Part shown: positions 1 through 9,666 of the stretch, one piece after another
Position numbering within the stretch: position 1 is the stretch's first letter
Layout: every line of letters starts with the position of its first letter
DNA from: a candidate division FCPU426 bacterium
GTDB lineage: Bacteria > Oederibacteriota > Muellerivitia > Muellerivitales > Muellerivitaceae
DNA length: 64,000 bases
Direction of reading: 5' to 3'
NCBI GenBank assembly: GCA_963847625.1
Contig: CAWKAR010000027.1
Span: 64,001-128,000, forward strand
Notes under the pieces: model-generated
What the model was told of the DNA's origin: nothing
Seen by the model: the letters and a program-made list of their open reading frames with translations, nothing else
Database searches by the model: none
Translations under genes and position numbers: made by a program

Positions 1-2
1 TC

Positions 3-179
3 CTGGACAGCCATGGGACCCTCATCGACCTTTTGTACCGGGGTTCCTTGGGCATCGGCGACTGGATATTCCAGTGGAACGGTAAACTAGCGGATGGAAG
101 TCCCGCCCAAGCGGGGTATTACCAGATCGAGGTCAAGGTCGGGGCCTATTCCCAGCGCAAGACCATCCAGATCCACTGA
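3..179 (+). CDS. Partial CDS (3' end only), C-terminal FlgD-like Ig domain protein
   Basis: Frame 3 reads LDSHGTLIDLLYRGSLGIGDWIFQWNGKLADGSPAQAGYYQIEVKVG...QIH* with TGA at 177-179; WNG..G...AGYY is typical of FlgD-type Ig domains. Confidence 0.7.
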   Translation: MDSHGTLIDLLYRGSLGIGDWIFQWNGKLADGSPAQAGYYQIEVKVGAYSQRKTIQIH

Positions 180-330
180 CTTTACCGTTTAACCCGTTTT
201 TCCCGTCATAACATTCCCAAAAAATAAACAGAAATCGTTTTTCGTTTTCCCAAATTTTTTAAATATTTTTTGGAATAAAACGGGAATTTTTACCACTAGT
301 AGGCGCCCCATATCAACGAAGGAGAATTCT

Positions 331-3300
331 ATGAACCGAAATTTGGATATCGACTGCAGTCAATATCTGATTCGCGGGGCGGTCTTCATGGCCGCTCTTT
401 TATTTTTGTTGTGTTCCCAGCCAGGAAAGGGTTGGGCGCAATACCTTGATGTCCCGGCGCTGACGCCGAATCCCAATTACAAATTTCCACCTCGAGGAAT
501 ATCGGGAGACCTTTGGGCCGATTTAGTACTCGGCCAAACCGATATCGGGAATATTTCACCCAACCAGGCCACGTCTAATACCGTTTGGAGTGCAGGAGGG
601 GTTGTGGTGGATGCCCCTCATAACATCTTGTACACTTTTGATGGCTCCAATAACCGCGTTTTAGGTGTCGTAAATATCAGCGAAGCTCACTCAAACTTTG
701 GGCCAAGCGACCCACCTTGCACCGCCACAATCCTTATAGGCCAACCTGACTTCACCCATACGGGTTGCAATTGGGACGCAAACTTCCAGGATTACCCCAA
801 CCCGACGCAACCCACATCCTTTTGCCTCTGTGTGATGCCTCAAAATGACAACTCCGTAGCTGAATCATTTCCCACGGCTAATTTGGCTGTGGATTCCAGT
901 GGCGACCTTTATGTTCCGGATTACTCCAATAATCGCGTATTGCGTTATGATTTTAATGATTTGCAACCAGCCCTTACCCCAGGCGCTGTTGTTACGAAGC
1001 CAGGGGCTAGTCATGTTTGGGGTCAGGGGCCCGTTGGAAATGAATTCTTCACCTCTTTAATCAATTTAGGTGGATCAGCGCCGACTTCATATAGCTTGTC
1101 TTTTCATGGTGTTGCAGGTTATGACTACAATGTTACAACTGCGGGTGTAGCGGTGGATTCCCAAGGCAACCTTTGGGTGGCTGATTTGGGAAACAATAGG
1201 GTTTTGAGGTTTCCCGGCTCGGGTTCGTGCTGTGTGGCTCCTTCAAATGGTGCAGACTTGGTCCTGGGTCAATCGAACTTTAATTTGAATGTCCAGGCCG
1301 GAAATGTGGATGATACCCTCCATATGTCCCGTCCGGTGGCAGTCAGGGTGGATAGCGCCGGAAATGTGTATGTCGCGGATAACCCACCAGCGCCCGGTGA
1401 ACCAAATGGCGCTGCGGGCAGGATTTTGGTTTATGAAGCTACTCCAGCTGTAACTCCTGCTCAATATACTTATGCTTCGTCACCCAGTGCTACTTTAAAC
1501 GCATATTTTTTAGCCCCGAAAGCATTGGAATGGGATGTTCAGAATGGGGTGACGGACGGTTTATGGGTGAGCGACTATCAAGAGCAACAGGTTGTTCTTT
1601 TACCCGTAAGCACTAGTAATCCCTCAAACTTTCTCCCTGCTTCAAAAGTATTATTACGCGATGTGCCCTGGATCGCGACAACCACCCCCACACAGCCACC
1701 TTCAAATTTTACTTGTTCCGGGGTAAGCATTACTTATTCCTATCCAGTAGGTAACCTTCAATCCTCCTGCTCCGGCGTTCCGTATGGAGTAGGCGTCGAT
1801 CAAAATGGTAATGTTTATGTGGGGTTTTCCCAATATTCCAACACGGATGTTTGGCGGTTTCCCAATGCCACCCCCATACCCAATCCCACCCCGGGTTCTT
1901 CCTGGTCAGCCGACTTGGCGGTTTTCAAACCCGCGCAATATAGGATGGTGAATAAAATGGGGTTGGGAAATTTCACTGGTGAAAGCGCCACATATGGAAT
2001 TGCAGTGGCCGATCATTTTACTTCATCCCCGCAAATTATTGCTGCGGATGTCAATCGGCTTTTGTTTTGGAATATTCCGCCGGGTGGCGTGACGGATAAA
2101 ACCAATCTCTACAATGGGAAAAATGCGGATGGGGTTGCGGGCAATCTTTTGGGTGCGGAAACATTTAAAGTGGGGACAAAGGCATTCGGCCGGATGCGTA
2201 CTGATGATGCCATTGTCGCAGCGATGACACCGACACCGAATTTCACACCTATCCCCCATCTTTGGACCTGCAGAGTAGATAATGGAACATTGGAAGTTTA
2301 CCAATTACCTTTGCAACCTTATGCTACGCCGATTGCAACCATTGCTCCCCCCATTGCGGTGTTGGGTTCTTCAAATCTTTTGACATGGGATAAATTAGTT
2401 GGCATCGCAGTGGATCCGCAATTGAATATATGGGTAAGCGATAATACTAACAGTCGTATTTTACATATTCGTAACCCACTAACATCCAATCCGGTTGTGG
2501 ACATAATTCTTGGACAAAACAGCGCTTCCGCAACACAAATCAACCAAGGTCAGGGAGAATACAAAGCGTCCGCGTCAAGTCTTTTTAGCGCTCAAGAAAT
2601 TGCTATGGATCATCATGGAGATTTATTTGTTTGCGACTTTAACCAGGAGTCTAGTGGAAATGGGAGGATTTTGAGATTCGATAAAGCCACGATCCAAAAC
2701 AATTCTAATAAGAATGCTTTATTCGGCATACCGGCATCGGCGGTTTTTGGAAGAAATGGGAATTTCTCCACTGGTTTTGGAGATTGTTTGCCAAATCCAA
2801 CGGGGAATACAAATATGGAAGTTTGCCACGTGGGAAGTTTGGCGTTTAATCAGGACGATAGTTTGATGGTGGTGGGAGAAAACGGTTATTCCAGTAATTG
2901 GTTCCCAGTGGTATTCACCAATCCGACATTGCCTCAAACGGTGTTAACAAGTACTGGGCAGGATTGGCCCGTGACTTATTTACAAGATTTTTATTCCGGC
3001 CCTACAGCTATAACATTCGATAAAGATGGAAACTTATTTGTAGGCGACTATCAGCGCTCCCGTTTACTGGCTTACTACCACCCCTTTCCCTCGCCTACTC
3101 CTACCCTAACCCCCACACTAGGCGTAAATCCCATGTGTACTCCGACGCCAAATTGGGTGAACAATATAAAACCTTATGGGATTGCGGCGAATAATAGCTA
3201 TATTTATGAGGCGGACCAAACAAGCGATTGTGTGAATGTATTTCCTCAAGGGAGTGGAACGGGGTCCCAGATATGTAATAACAATTTGAAAAAACCTTTT

Positions 3301-6300
3301 GGAGTGGCGGCAGATAATAATTATGTTTATGTGACTGACCAAACCCAAAATGAAGTTTTTGTTTTTCCTACTCCTGGTGGAACCCCGATTGCGAGTTGGG
3401 GGATCATTGGAAGCCGTCCAGGAGAGTTTAATAAGCCTTCCGGTATCGCGGTCACAGTCAATACTTCCTCTGTTACTCAAGTTTATGTTGCAGATACAGG
3501 GAACCATCGAATTGAGATTTTTTCATTGGATGGCCAATGGCACGCAAGTACACCCATTGTTTGGGGAACTCCTGGAAATATAGGCCATGGAACATTCAAT
3601 ACTCCAACGGGGATAGCTTTGGATTCCCAAGGTAATATTTACGTGGCGGATTCAACCACGGGTTTAGTTCAGGTTTTCAATCCCCAAAGGGTTTTTCTTT
3701 TCCAATGGGACGCGACGATGGGATCAACAACCCCCTGCGCTGAATTTATAACTATCCAGGGTTGTCTTGTTTTTGTATCAGATGGTCCTGGAAATGGACA
3801 TGGAAATGTACGTGTTTTCCAATTGAACGGTTCACCCGTCAATTCTGTCTCACCTGTCGGTATTTACCCAGGCGGATCAGATACGGAAGGTTTAGCAATC
3901 GGACCTAATTCGGGAACCTTATATGTCGCGGATTTCAGTATTGGAAATATATCTGCATACACAAAATGTTCCTGGCCCACTTGTGTCCCGACGGTCACAC
4001 CTCCAATGACATGGAATCCTGCGACTGCGGTCCCAACGTATATTCCTTCCAATACACCAACAAACATAATTACAGTTTCGCCTACTTTTACAGGCACATT
4101 ATCGACCAACACTCCCACGCCATTTGAAACATTAACTCCAACGAATACATTCACCTATTTTCCAACAAACACGCCCATTAATACTCCCTCGCCCACACCG
4201 GTTTTATGTTCCGTCTCAATTTTTCCTTCCAGCCTGACGCCCTATCCAGTGACCCAGCCTTATGGATTGGCTAGCGATGGGACAAATATATACGTGGCCG
4301 ACCAATTCGCGAATCAAATCATTGAATTGGGTTCCTCGGGGAGTTTTATCAACGAGTTTGGATATGATGGTACAACCAATTATTTAACCGAGCCTTTGGG
4401 AGTGGCTGCGGATGGGAACGGCGTTTATGTTACGGATGAAACTCAAAATGAATTGTTCATCTTTAATACTCATGGTTCAGCGCCTAATGTGACCTATGGT
4501 AGTGAAGGAGGGGGTCTGGGCCAATTCGAATCGCCCGCCGGAATTGCTGTTACTACGGCCAATGGATCAACCACAATCTTTGTAGCGGACCAATACAATA
4601 TGCGGGTTCAGGAATTTACTTGGGCTGGCGGTTCATCCGTCCCTACCCCTGTGGCGCAGTGGGGCAGTGAGGGTATCATGGGGAACGGAACTTTCGTAGC
4701 CCCGACCGGTATTGCCATTGATAATTACTTTGGAACAGGTTACGTATTCGTATCGGATTGGGAAACGGGGTTGGTGCAAGTGTTTAATCCCTTGAACCCG
4801 CCACAGAATCAGTTCATGTGGCAATGGGACGCGACTTTAAATACCCCCCTATTAGGCGCGGAATTTATAGTGCAAAACGGTTGTTTGTTTTACGTTTCGG
4901 ATGGTTTTGGCAATATCGGCGTATTCGACTTATATGGGAATTACCAGGACGCGATCTCGGTTCCAGGTGGTTTCTACAATGTGGAAGGTCTCGCTGCGGA
5001 AGGAGGGTCCCTTTTTGCGGCCGATTACGGATTAGGCCAAATCGATCAAATACAATCTTGTTCTATCCCAACTTGTGTGCCGACCAGCTACCTATCCCGA
5101 ACCCCGACCTTTACACCCATATGGACGCCAACTAATACTCCAACACCTAATTTAACATCTGTCTGCTGTCAAGTCGCAACTGATTGGTTACCTACTCCGA
5201 CTTTCTCAACAGTTATGGGTGTGGCAGTGGATCGGTGGAGGGGTCGTGTTTATGTTGCGGATAATAATGACGGTATCTTACAGGCTATGGATTATTGGGG
5301 AAATCCCATCTCCGGTTTCGCAGGGTTAGAGAATGGCAAATTACCATTGAACAGTGCTTGGGATGTTGCGATGGGGAATTGCGGGAATGATTATGTTTAT
5401 GTTGTGACGCGAGGGGCAAGTGCTGGGGACTCGCTAAACAAATTGAATCCGTCAGGAACACCCGTCGCAACAGCTGTCCTTGGTTCAACAGGCCCTAGAG
5501 CCTTAAATGTGGATAACAATGGAAATGCCTATATTGCAACAGACCAGAACAACATACAAATTTTTAATTCCAATTTAACGCCAGTAGCTACTATCGGCCC
5601 AAACATGGGTAGCTTGGGATCTTTAAGTGCACCATCAGGTTTGGTAAAGTTGGGTCCTAATTTGTATGTTTCAGATACCATGAATAATCGGGTTGTCTTA
5701 TTCCCGGAAACAACACCCAATACCAATATTTATGGGACGCCGACCCCGATTGCGACGATTGGTTATCCATGTGGATTAACCGCGGACTTAAATGGAAATT
5801 TTTACGTGACTACCGATCAGCAAGGGGTCAATGGTTATGATATTTATGATTCGGGATTTAATTTTAAAAGCGCTTGCGCCAATTCACAGATAGTATGGCC
5901 CTTTGGAATCGGAGTCGATGAAAATGGTGCGGCTTATGTGGGTGCGGGAGTCAATGGCGTTGTAAAAATGAAGCCTTGTTATATCCAGTCTCCCGTGCCG
6001 ACTTGTACGACCATTCCTACCAGGACCTATACATCCACACCCACCCCCACGAACATCCTTTATCCCTGCGCCGTATCTTTTACTTTCCCCGCGGGTTACC
6101 CGGAAGGTGTAGCTATGGATAATGCCGGGAGCATTTATGTGGCCGATGAGGACGCGGGCGTAGTGGATGTTTACAACCCCAATTGGAGCTCTACCATGCA
6201 GATAGGCGCCGGTTATTTAACCCAGCCTTTTGGGGTGGCCCTTGATGGAGCGGGCAATATCTATGTCACGGATGTGGCCCAGAAAATGGCATATGAATTC

Positions 6301-8709
6301 GACCTCCATGGTGCGCTTATAACGGAATGGTCTTTACCCGGAACACCAGGAGGGATCGCTGTCTATTCGCCTAATCAATATGTCTATATTGTGGATCAAG
6401 ACCATCAGGAAGTTGATTGGTATGAATTTATCGGTGGCCAATTTGAACTACAAAATTATTGGAATGGAACAGACGGCTCGAATGGAAGTAATGGAAGCCA
6501 TGGACAACGATTTGTTAATCCTGAGGGGGTTGCTGCTAGTTATGATCCTAATGATTTAAGCCACAGTTATGTTTATGTATCAGACTGGGGGACTGGGTTG
6601 GTCCAGGCTTATAATGATTCTGGATCACTATGGGTTGGCAGTTGGGATGTAACTAAGGATCCCAATACTGGTACACCAACCGGTCTATTGGGAGCCAATT
6701 TCATTGGCCTATATAAGAATTGTTTGGCTTATGTCTCGGATGGTTATGGATCAGTAGGATTTTTCCAAATATCTTTTACAGGCAACTCCTTAAATCCCCC
6801 GTTAAATAAAGGAACAAATCAAGGCCCATTTTATGATACCGAAGGGATTGGTGTTGGGAACGGAACTTGGGCAGTGGCCGATATTCACAATGATATGACA
6901 GGACAAGTGGATGCTTTTGGCCCCTGTCCTAATGTCTGTTGGTCTCCAACAAACACGCCCACCAACACACCAACTTGGACAACTGCCTATACTCACACGC
7001 CGACCTATACGTTCACATATACCCAGACCTATACGTATACTTACACATATACCTATACCTGCCCACCTACTGCGCCCCCCAATATTGTTTGGAGCACTCC
7101 AACCCCTCAATGTTGTCAAATCGCGAGCGAATGGGTACCAACCCCGGTATTCAATACTGTTAATGGTGTGGCAGTAGACCGATGGAGGGGCCGCGTTTAT
7201 GTAGCAGATAAGAATGATGGTATCGTTCAGGCCATGAATTATACGGGAAAACCAGTCAATTCTTTTGGCGGGGTAGGGACGGCATTATTACCGAATGCTT
7301 GGGATGTTGCCATGGGGAACTGTGGGAATGACTTTGTTTATGCTGTGACGCGGGCAGGCACTGGGAGTTCGTTAAATAAATTTAATCCTGCTGGAACACC
7401 TGTCGCAACAGTTGGCATTGCAACCAACACCAGGGCCATAAATGTGGATATTAATGGAAACGCCTATGTTGCGGCAGATGATAGCGTTATAAGAATTTTC
7501 AACTCTAGCTTAACACCAGTAGCTACTCTTGGTCCTAACATGGGTTGCTTGGGGTCTTTATACTTACCTTCAGGTTTGATGAAGGTTGGGTCCAACTTAT
7601 ACGTTTCAGATACGAATAATAATCGAATTGTTGTGTTCCCGGAAACAACACCAAACACCAATATTTATGGTACGCCGACCCCGGTTGCGGCGGTTGGATA
7701 TCCTTATGAAATGACTACGGATTTGAACGGGAATATTTATTTGGTTTCTCAAGGTTTAGGTGGCTATGCAATATTTAACCCGTCGCTTACATCGAATATA
7801 ACGACCTGCGATAATGGATATACAGGGGGATCATGGGGGATTGCTGTTGATGAAAAAGGCGCGGTTTATTTGGGAGTCGCGGGATCAAGCAGTGTCGTAA
7901 AAATGCAGCCTTGTATTTCAAGCCAGTCTCCCGTGCCTTCTTGCACCCACATCCCAACCAGGACACCAACACCTATTAATACGCCAACTTGGACTTACAC
8001 ATATACGCCGAATAATACGAACACGCATTCGCCTACCCCTAATACGCCGACTAAGACACCGACACCCACATACACGTATACACCGAACAAGACGACTACC
8101 CATTCGCCTACCCCTAATACGCCGACTAAGACACCGACACCCACATACACGTATACACCGAACAAGACGACTACCCATTCGCCTACCCCTAATACGCCGA
8201 CTAAGACACCGACACCCACATACACGTATACACCGAACAAGACGACTACCCATTCGCCTACCCCTAATACGCCGACCCGGACGCCTACACCCACATTCAC
8301 GTTTACATATACGCCGACCAAGGGGACTACCCCTGGAATAGCGGCACAGGGGAATGAGAAAGAAATGATGTTGGTAAAGGGGTGCTCATCATCGACTCCA
8401 ACTCCCGCGATGGAAGGGATATTGGGAAAAGTCATAGCGGCACCGAGCATATCCAGGGGCGGGGAAGCGGTACAAATTCGGTTCATCCTGGGGCATGCGG
8501 CGAAGGTGACGCTAAAGATTTACACAGTAGCGGGAAGATTGGTTTACGAGAAACAAGCGCTAAGTTCTGTCGGTTCCAACAAACTGGCATGGCAAGTGGA
8601 AAATCAGCGGAACCAGATTGTGGCCAACGGACTTTATTTTTACATGTTGCAAGCTGAGGCGGAAAATAGCATCGTTCGCAAAACAGGCAAGATAATTGTT
8701 TTGCGTTGA
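331..8709 (+). CDS. Giant secreted NHL-repeat (multi beta-propeller) protein with Thr/Pro linkers and C-terminal sorting-like domain
   Basis: GAAGGAG RBS; hydrophobic N-terminal signal; many GVAVDSQGNLWVADxxNNRV / PxGIAxD repeats; C-terminus ...VANGLYFY...GKIIVLR. Confidence 0.85.
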   Translation: MNRNLDIDCSQYLIRGAVFMAALLFLLCSQPGKGWAQYLDVPALTPNPNYKFPPRGISGDLWADLVLGQTDIGNISPNQATSNTVWSAGGVVVDAPHNILYTFDGSNNRVLGVVNISEAHSNFGPSDPPCTATILIGQPDFTHTGCNWDANFQDYPNPTQPTSFCLCVMPQNDNSVAESFPTANLAVDSSGDLYVPDYSNNRVLRYDFNDLQPALTPGAVVTKPGASHVWGQGPVGNEFFTSLINLGGSAPTSYSLSFHGVAGYDYNVTTAGVAVDSQGNLWVADLGNNRVLRFPGSGSCCVAPSNGADLVLGQSNFNLNVQAGNVDDTLHMSRPVAVRVDSAGNVYVADNPPAPGEPNGAAGRILVYEATPAVTPAQYTYASSPSATLNAYFLAPKALEWDVQNGVTDGLWVSDYQEQQVVLLPVSTSNPSNFLPASKVLLRDVPWIATTTPTQPPSNFTCSGVSITYSYPVGNLQSSCSGVPYGVGVDQNGNVYVGFSQYSNTDVWRFPNATPIPNPTPGSSWSADLAVFKPAQYRMVNKMGLGNFTGESATYGIAVADHFTSSPQIIAADVNRLLFWNIPPGGVTDKTNLYNGKNADGVAGNLLGAETFKVGTKAFGRMRTDDAIVAAMTPTPNFTPIPHLWTCRVDNGTLEVYQLPLQPYATPIATIAPPIAVLGSSNLLTWDKLVGIAVDPQLNIWVSDNTNSRILHIRNPLTSNPVVDIILGQNSASATQINQGQGEYKASASSLFSAQEIAMDHHGDLFVCDFNQESSGNGRILRFDKATIQNNSNKNALFGIPASAVFGRNGNFSTGFGDCLPNPTGNTNMEVCHVGSLAFNQDDSLMVVGENGYSSNWFPVVFTNPTLPQTVLTSTGQDWPVTYLQDFYSGPTAITFDKDGNLFVGDYQRSRLLAYYHPFPSPTPTLTPTLGVNPMCTPTPNWVNNIKPYGIAANNSYIYEADQTSDCVNVFPQGSGTGSQICNNNLKKPFGVAADNNYVYVTDQTQNEVFVFPTPGGTPIASWGIIGSRPGEFNKPSGIAVTVNTSSVTQVYVADTGNHRIEIFSLDGQWHASTPIVWGTPGNIGHGTFNTPTGIALDSQGNIYVADSTTGLVQVFNPQRVFLFQWDATMGSTTPCAEFITIQGCLVFVSDGPGNGHGNVRVFQLNGSPVNSVSPVGIYPGGSDTEGLAIGPNSGTLYVADFSIGNISAYTKCSWPTCVPTVTPPMTWNPATAVPTYIPSNTPTNIITVSPTFTGTLSTNTPTPFETLTPTNTFTYFPTNTPINTPSPTPVLCSVSIFPSSLTPYPVTQPYGLASDGTNIYVADQFANQIIELGSSGSFINEFGYDGTTNYLTEPLGVAADGNGVYVTDETQNELFIFNTHGSAPNVTYGSEGGGLGQFESPAGIAVTTANGSTTIFVADQYNMRVQEFTWAGGSSVPTPVAQWGSEGIMGNGTFVAPTGIAIDNYFGTGYVFVSDWETGLVQVFNPLNPPQNQFMWQWDATLNTPLLGAEFIVQNGCLFYVSDGFGNIGVFDLYGNYQDAISVPGGFYNVEGLAAEGGSLFAADYGLGQIDQIQSCSIPTCVPTSYLSRTPTFTPIWTPTNTPTPNLTSVCCQVATDWLPTPTFSTVMGVAVDRWRGRVYVADNNDGILQAMDYWGNPISGFAGLENGKLPLNSAWDVAMGNCGNDYVYVVTRGASAGDSLNKLNPSGTPVATAVLGSTGPRALNVDNNGNAYIATDQNNIQIFNSNLTPVATIGPNMGSLGSLSAPSGLVKLGPNLYVSDTMNNRVVLFPETTPNTNIYGTPTPIATIGYPCGLTADLNGNFYVTTDQQGVNGYDIYDSGFNFKSACANSQIVWPFGIGVDENGAAYVGAGVNGVVKMKPCYIQSPVPTCTTIPTRTYTSTPTPTNILYPCAVSFTFPAGYPEGVAMDNAGSIYVADEDAGVVDVYNPNWSSTMQIGAGYLTQPFGVALDGAGNIYVTDVAQKMAYEFDLHGALITEWSLPGTPGGIAVYSPNQYVYIVDQDHQEVDWYEFIGGQFELQNYWNGTDGSNGSNGSHGQRFVNPEGVAASYDPNDLSHSYVYVSDWGTGLVQAYNDSGSLWVGSWDVTKDPNTGTPTGLLGANFIGLYKNCLAYVSDGYGSVGFFQISFTGNSLNPPLNKGTNQGPFYDTEGIGVGNGTWAVADIHNDMTGQVDAFGPCPNVCWSPTNTPTNTPTWTTAYTHTPTYTFTYTQTYTYTYTYTYTCPPTAPPNIVWSTPTPQCCQIASEWVPTPVFNTVNGVAVDRWRGRVYVADKNDGIVQAMNYTGKPVNSFGGVGTALLPNAWDVAMGNCGNDFVYAVTRAGTGSSLNKFNPAGTPVATVGIATNTRAINVDINGNAYVAADDSVIRIFNSSLTPVATLGPNMGCLGSLYLPSGLMKVGSNLYVSDTNNNRIVVFPETTPNTNIYGTPTPVAAVGYPYEMTTDLNGNIYLVSQGLGGYAIFNPSLTSNITTCDNGYTGGSWGIAVDEKGAVYLGVAGSSSVVKMQPCISSQSPVPSCTHIPTRTPTPINTPTWTYTYTPNNTNTHSPTPNTPTKTPTPTYTYTPNKTTTHSPTPNTPTKTPTPTYTYTPNKTTTHSPTPNTPTKTPTPTYTYTPNKTTTHSPTPNTPTRTPTPTFTFTYTPTKGTTPGIAAQGNEKEMMLVKGCSSSTPTPAMEGILGKVIAAPSISRGGEAVQIRFILGHAAKVTLKIYTVAGRLVYEKQALSSVGSNKLAWQVENQRNQIVANGLYFYMLQAEAENSIVRKTGKIIVLR
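8026..8275 (+). repeat. 75-bp (25-aa) exact tandem repeat, about 3.3 copies
   Basis: cattcgcctacccctaat recurs at 8026, 8101, 8176 and 8251. Confidence 0.9.
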
Positions 8710-8737
8710 AAAAAAATATAAAACGAAGGAGAAAAAG

Positions 8738-9124
8738 ATGAAACTTATTACAACTTTTACACTGGCGGCGACAATGATAGTGGGCGTGGCATTCGCTCAA
8801 AGCAAGCCGGTACCAACCCATGTTCCGGCGGGGGCTGGGGCGAAAGCCTCGAACCTGCGCACGGTCAACCCGCAGGGAGCCAACCTGCAAGCGCCCAACA
8901 TGCATGCCATCGGCTTGCGAATGAGGGACCAGAAGCGTCAGCTCGCGAAGGCCATGAGGTCGGGCAAGTTGAGCAAAGAACAGGCCAAGGCGGTTTTCCA
9001 GAAATTGAAGGAAGCCCGCAAGAAGGAACTGGATTTTTTCCACCAAAACAATTCCAAAGAAATCTCGGCTGACCAAAAAGCCCAGTTGGACAAAATGCTG
9101 GACGAGAACGCTAGTTCTCTTTAG
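8738..9124 (+). CDS. Small basic secreted helical protein (Spy/CpxP-like)
   Basis: GAAGGAG RBS then ATG at 8738; signal peptide ending AFA-Q; Lys/Gln-rich helices with LSKEQ and ISADQ motifs. Confidence 0.65.
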   Translation: MKLITTFTLAATMIVGVAFAQSKPVPTHVPAGAGAKASNLRTVNPQGANLQAPNMHAIGLRMRDQKRQLAKAMRSGKLSKEQAKAVFQKLKEARKKELDFFHQNNSKEISADQKAQLDKMLDENASSL

Positions 9125-9350
9125 CCAATAGGGGGTTTCATCCGGTAAATTGCGAACCCTTTGGGTAGATACAAGTAAGCCAAGGGCCGTAATGCCGTGA
9201 TATGGTTGAAAATTCGCTGATTTTAAAGGTTTTTCCCCACTTTTCAGGGCTGGAAAAATTCCTAATTATTCCTGCAATAAATATCACTATTTGCCGTCTA
9301 TAGTATTGAATGTGAATGTTTATTAAGAAATTATCTTTTGCAGGGAACAG

Positions 9351-9536
9351 ATGAAATATTTTCCTGGGACTGGATTAAAAAAATTCCCTCTGAGGTGGTT
9401 TTTTCCCACCGGTTCCCGGAATAAAAGCGCGCATTCCTGGGCGGCCATCTTTGCCGCCCTTTTCTTTTTGCCCACCCTTGCAAACGCACAGCCGGTGCGC
9501 GGTTGTAAGGTTTTTAAAGTCATCGTGATACGATAA
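9351..9536 (+). pseudogene. Mini-ORF: signal peptide fused directly to a C-terminal sorting-domain-like last strand (probable deletion relic)
   Basis: AAIFAALFFLPTLANA-Q followed by GCKVFKVIVIR*, matching neighbours' [11 protein letters not shown] and [11 protein letters not shown]. Confidence 0.45.
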
Positions 9537-9666
9537 GTCCAATTATTTCTTGCGAAAAATTGAGATCAGCCATGATTTATAGCGGCGGAAGACTTCTAGG
9601 TATATATATAATTAACCTTTCTGGGGAGAGACGGTTTGGAAACTGTTTCATATTTCCTTTGAAAGG

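Noticed and set aside
9125..9666. Cobalamin riboswitch or Fur box upstream of the TonB-dependent receptor
   Set aside because: No B12-box or convincing Fur consensus was recognisable by eye, so the substrate is left unassigned.
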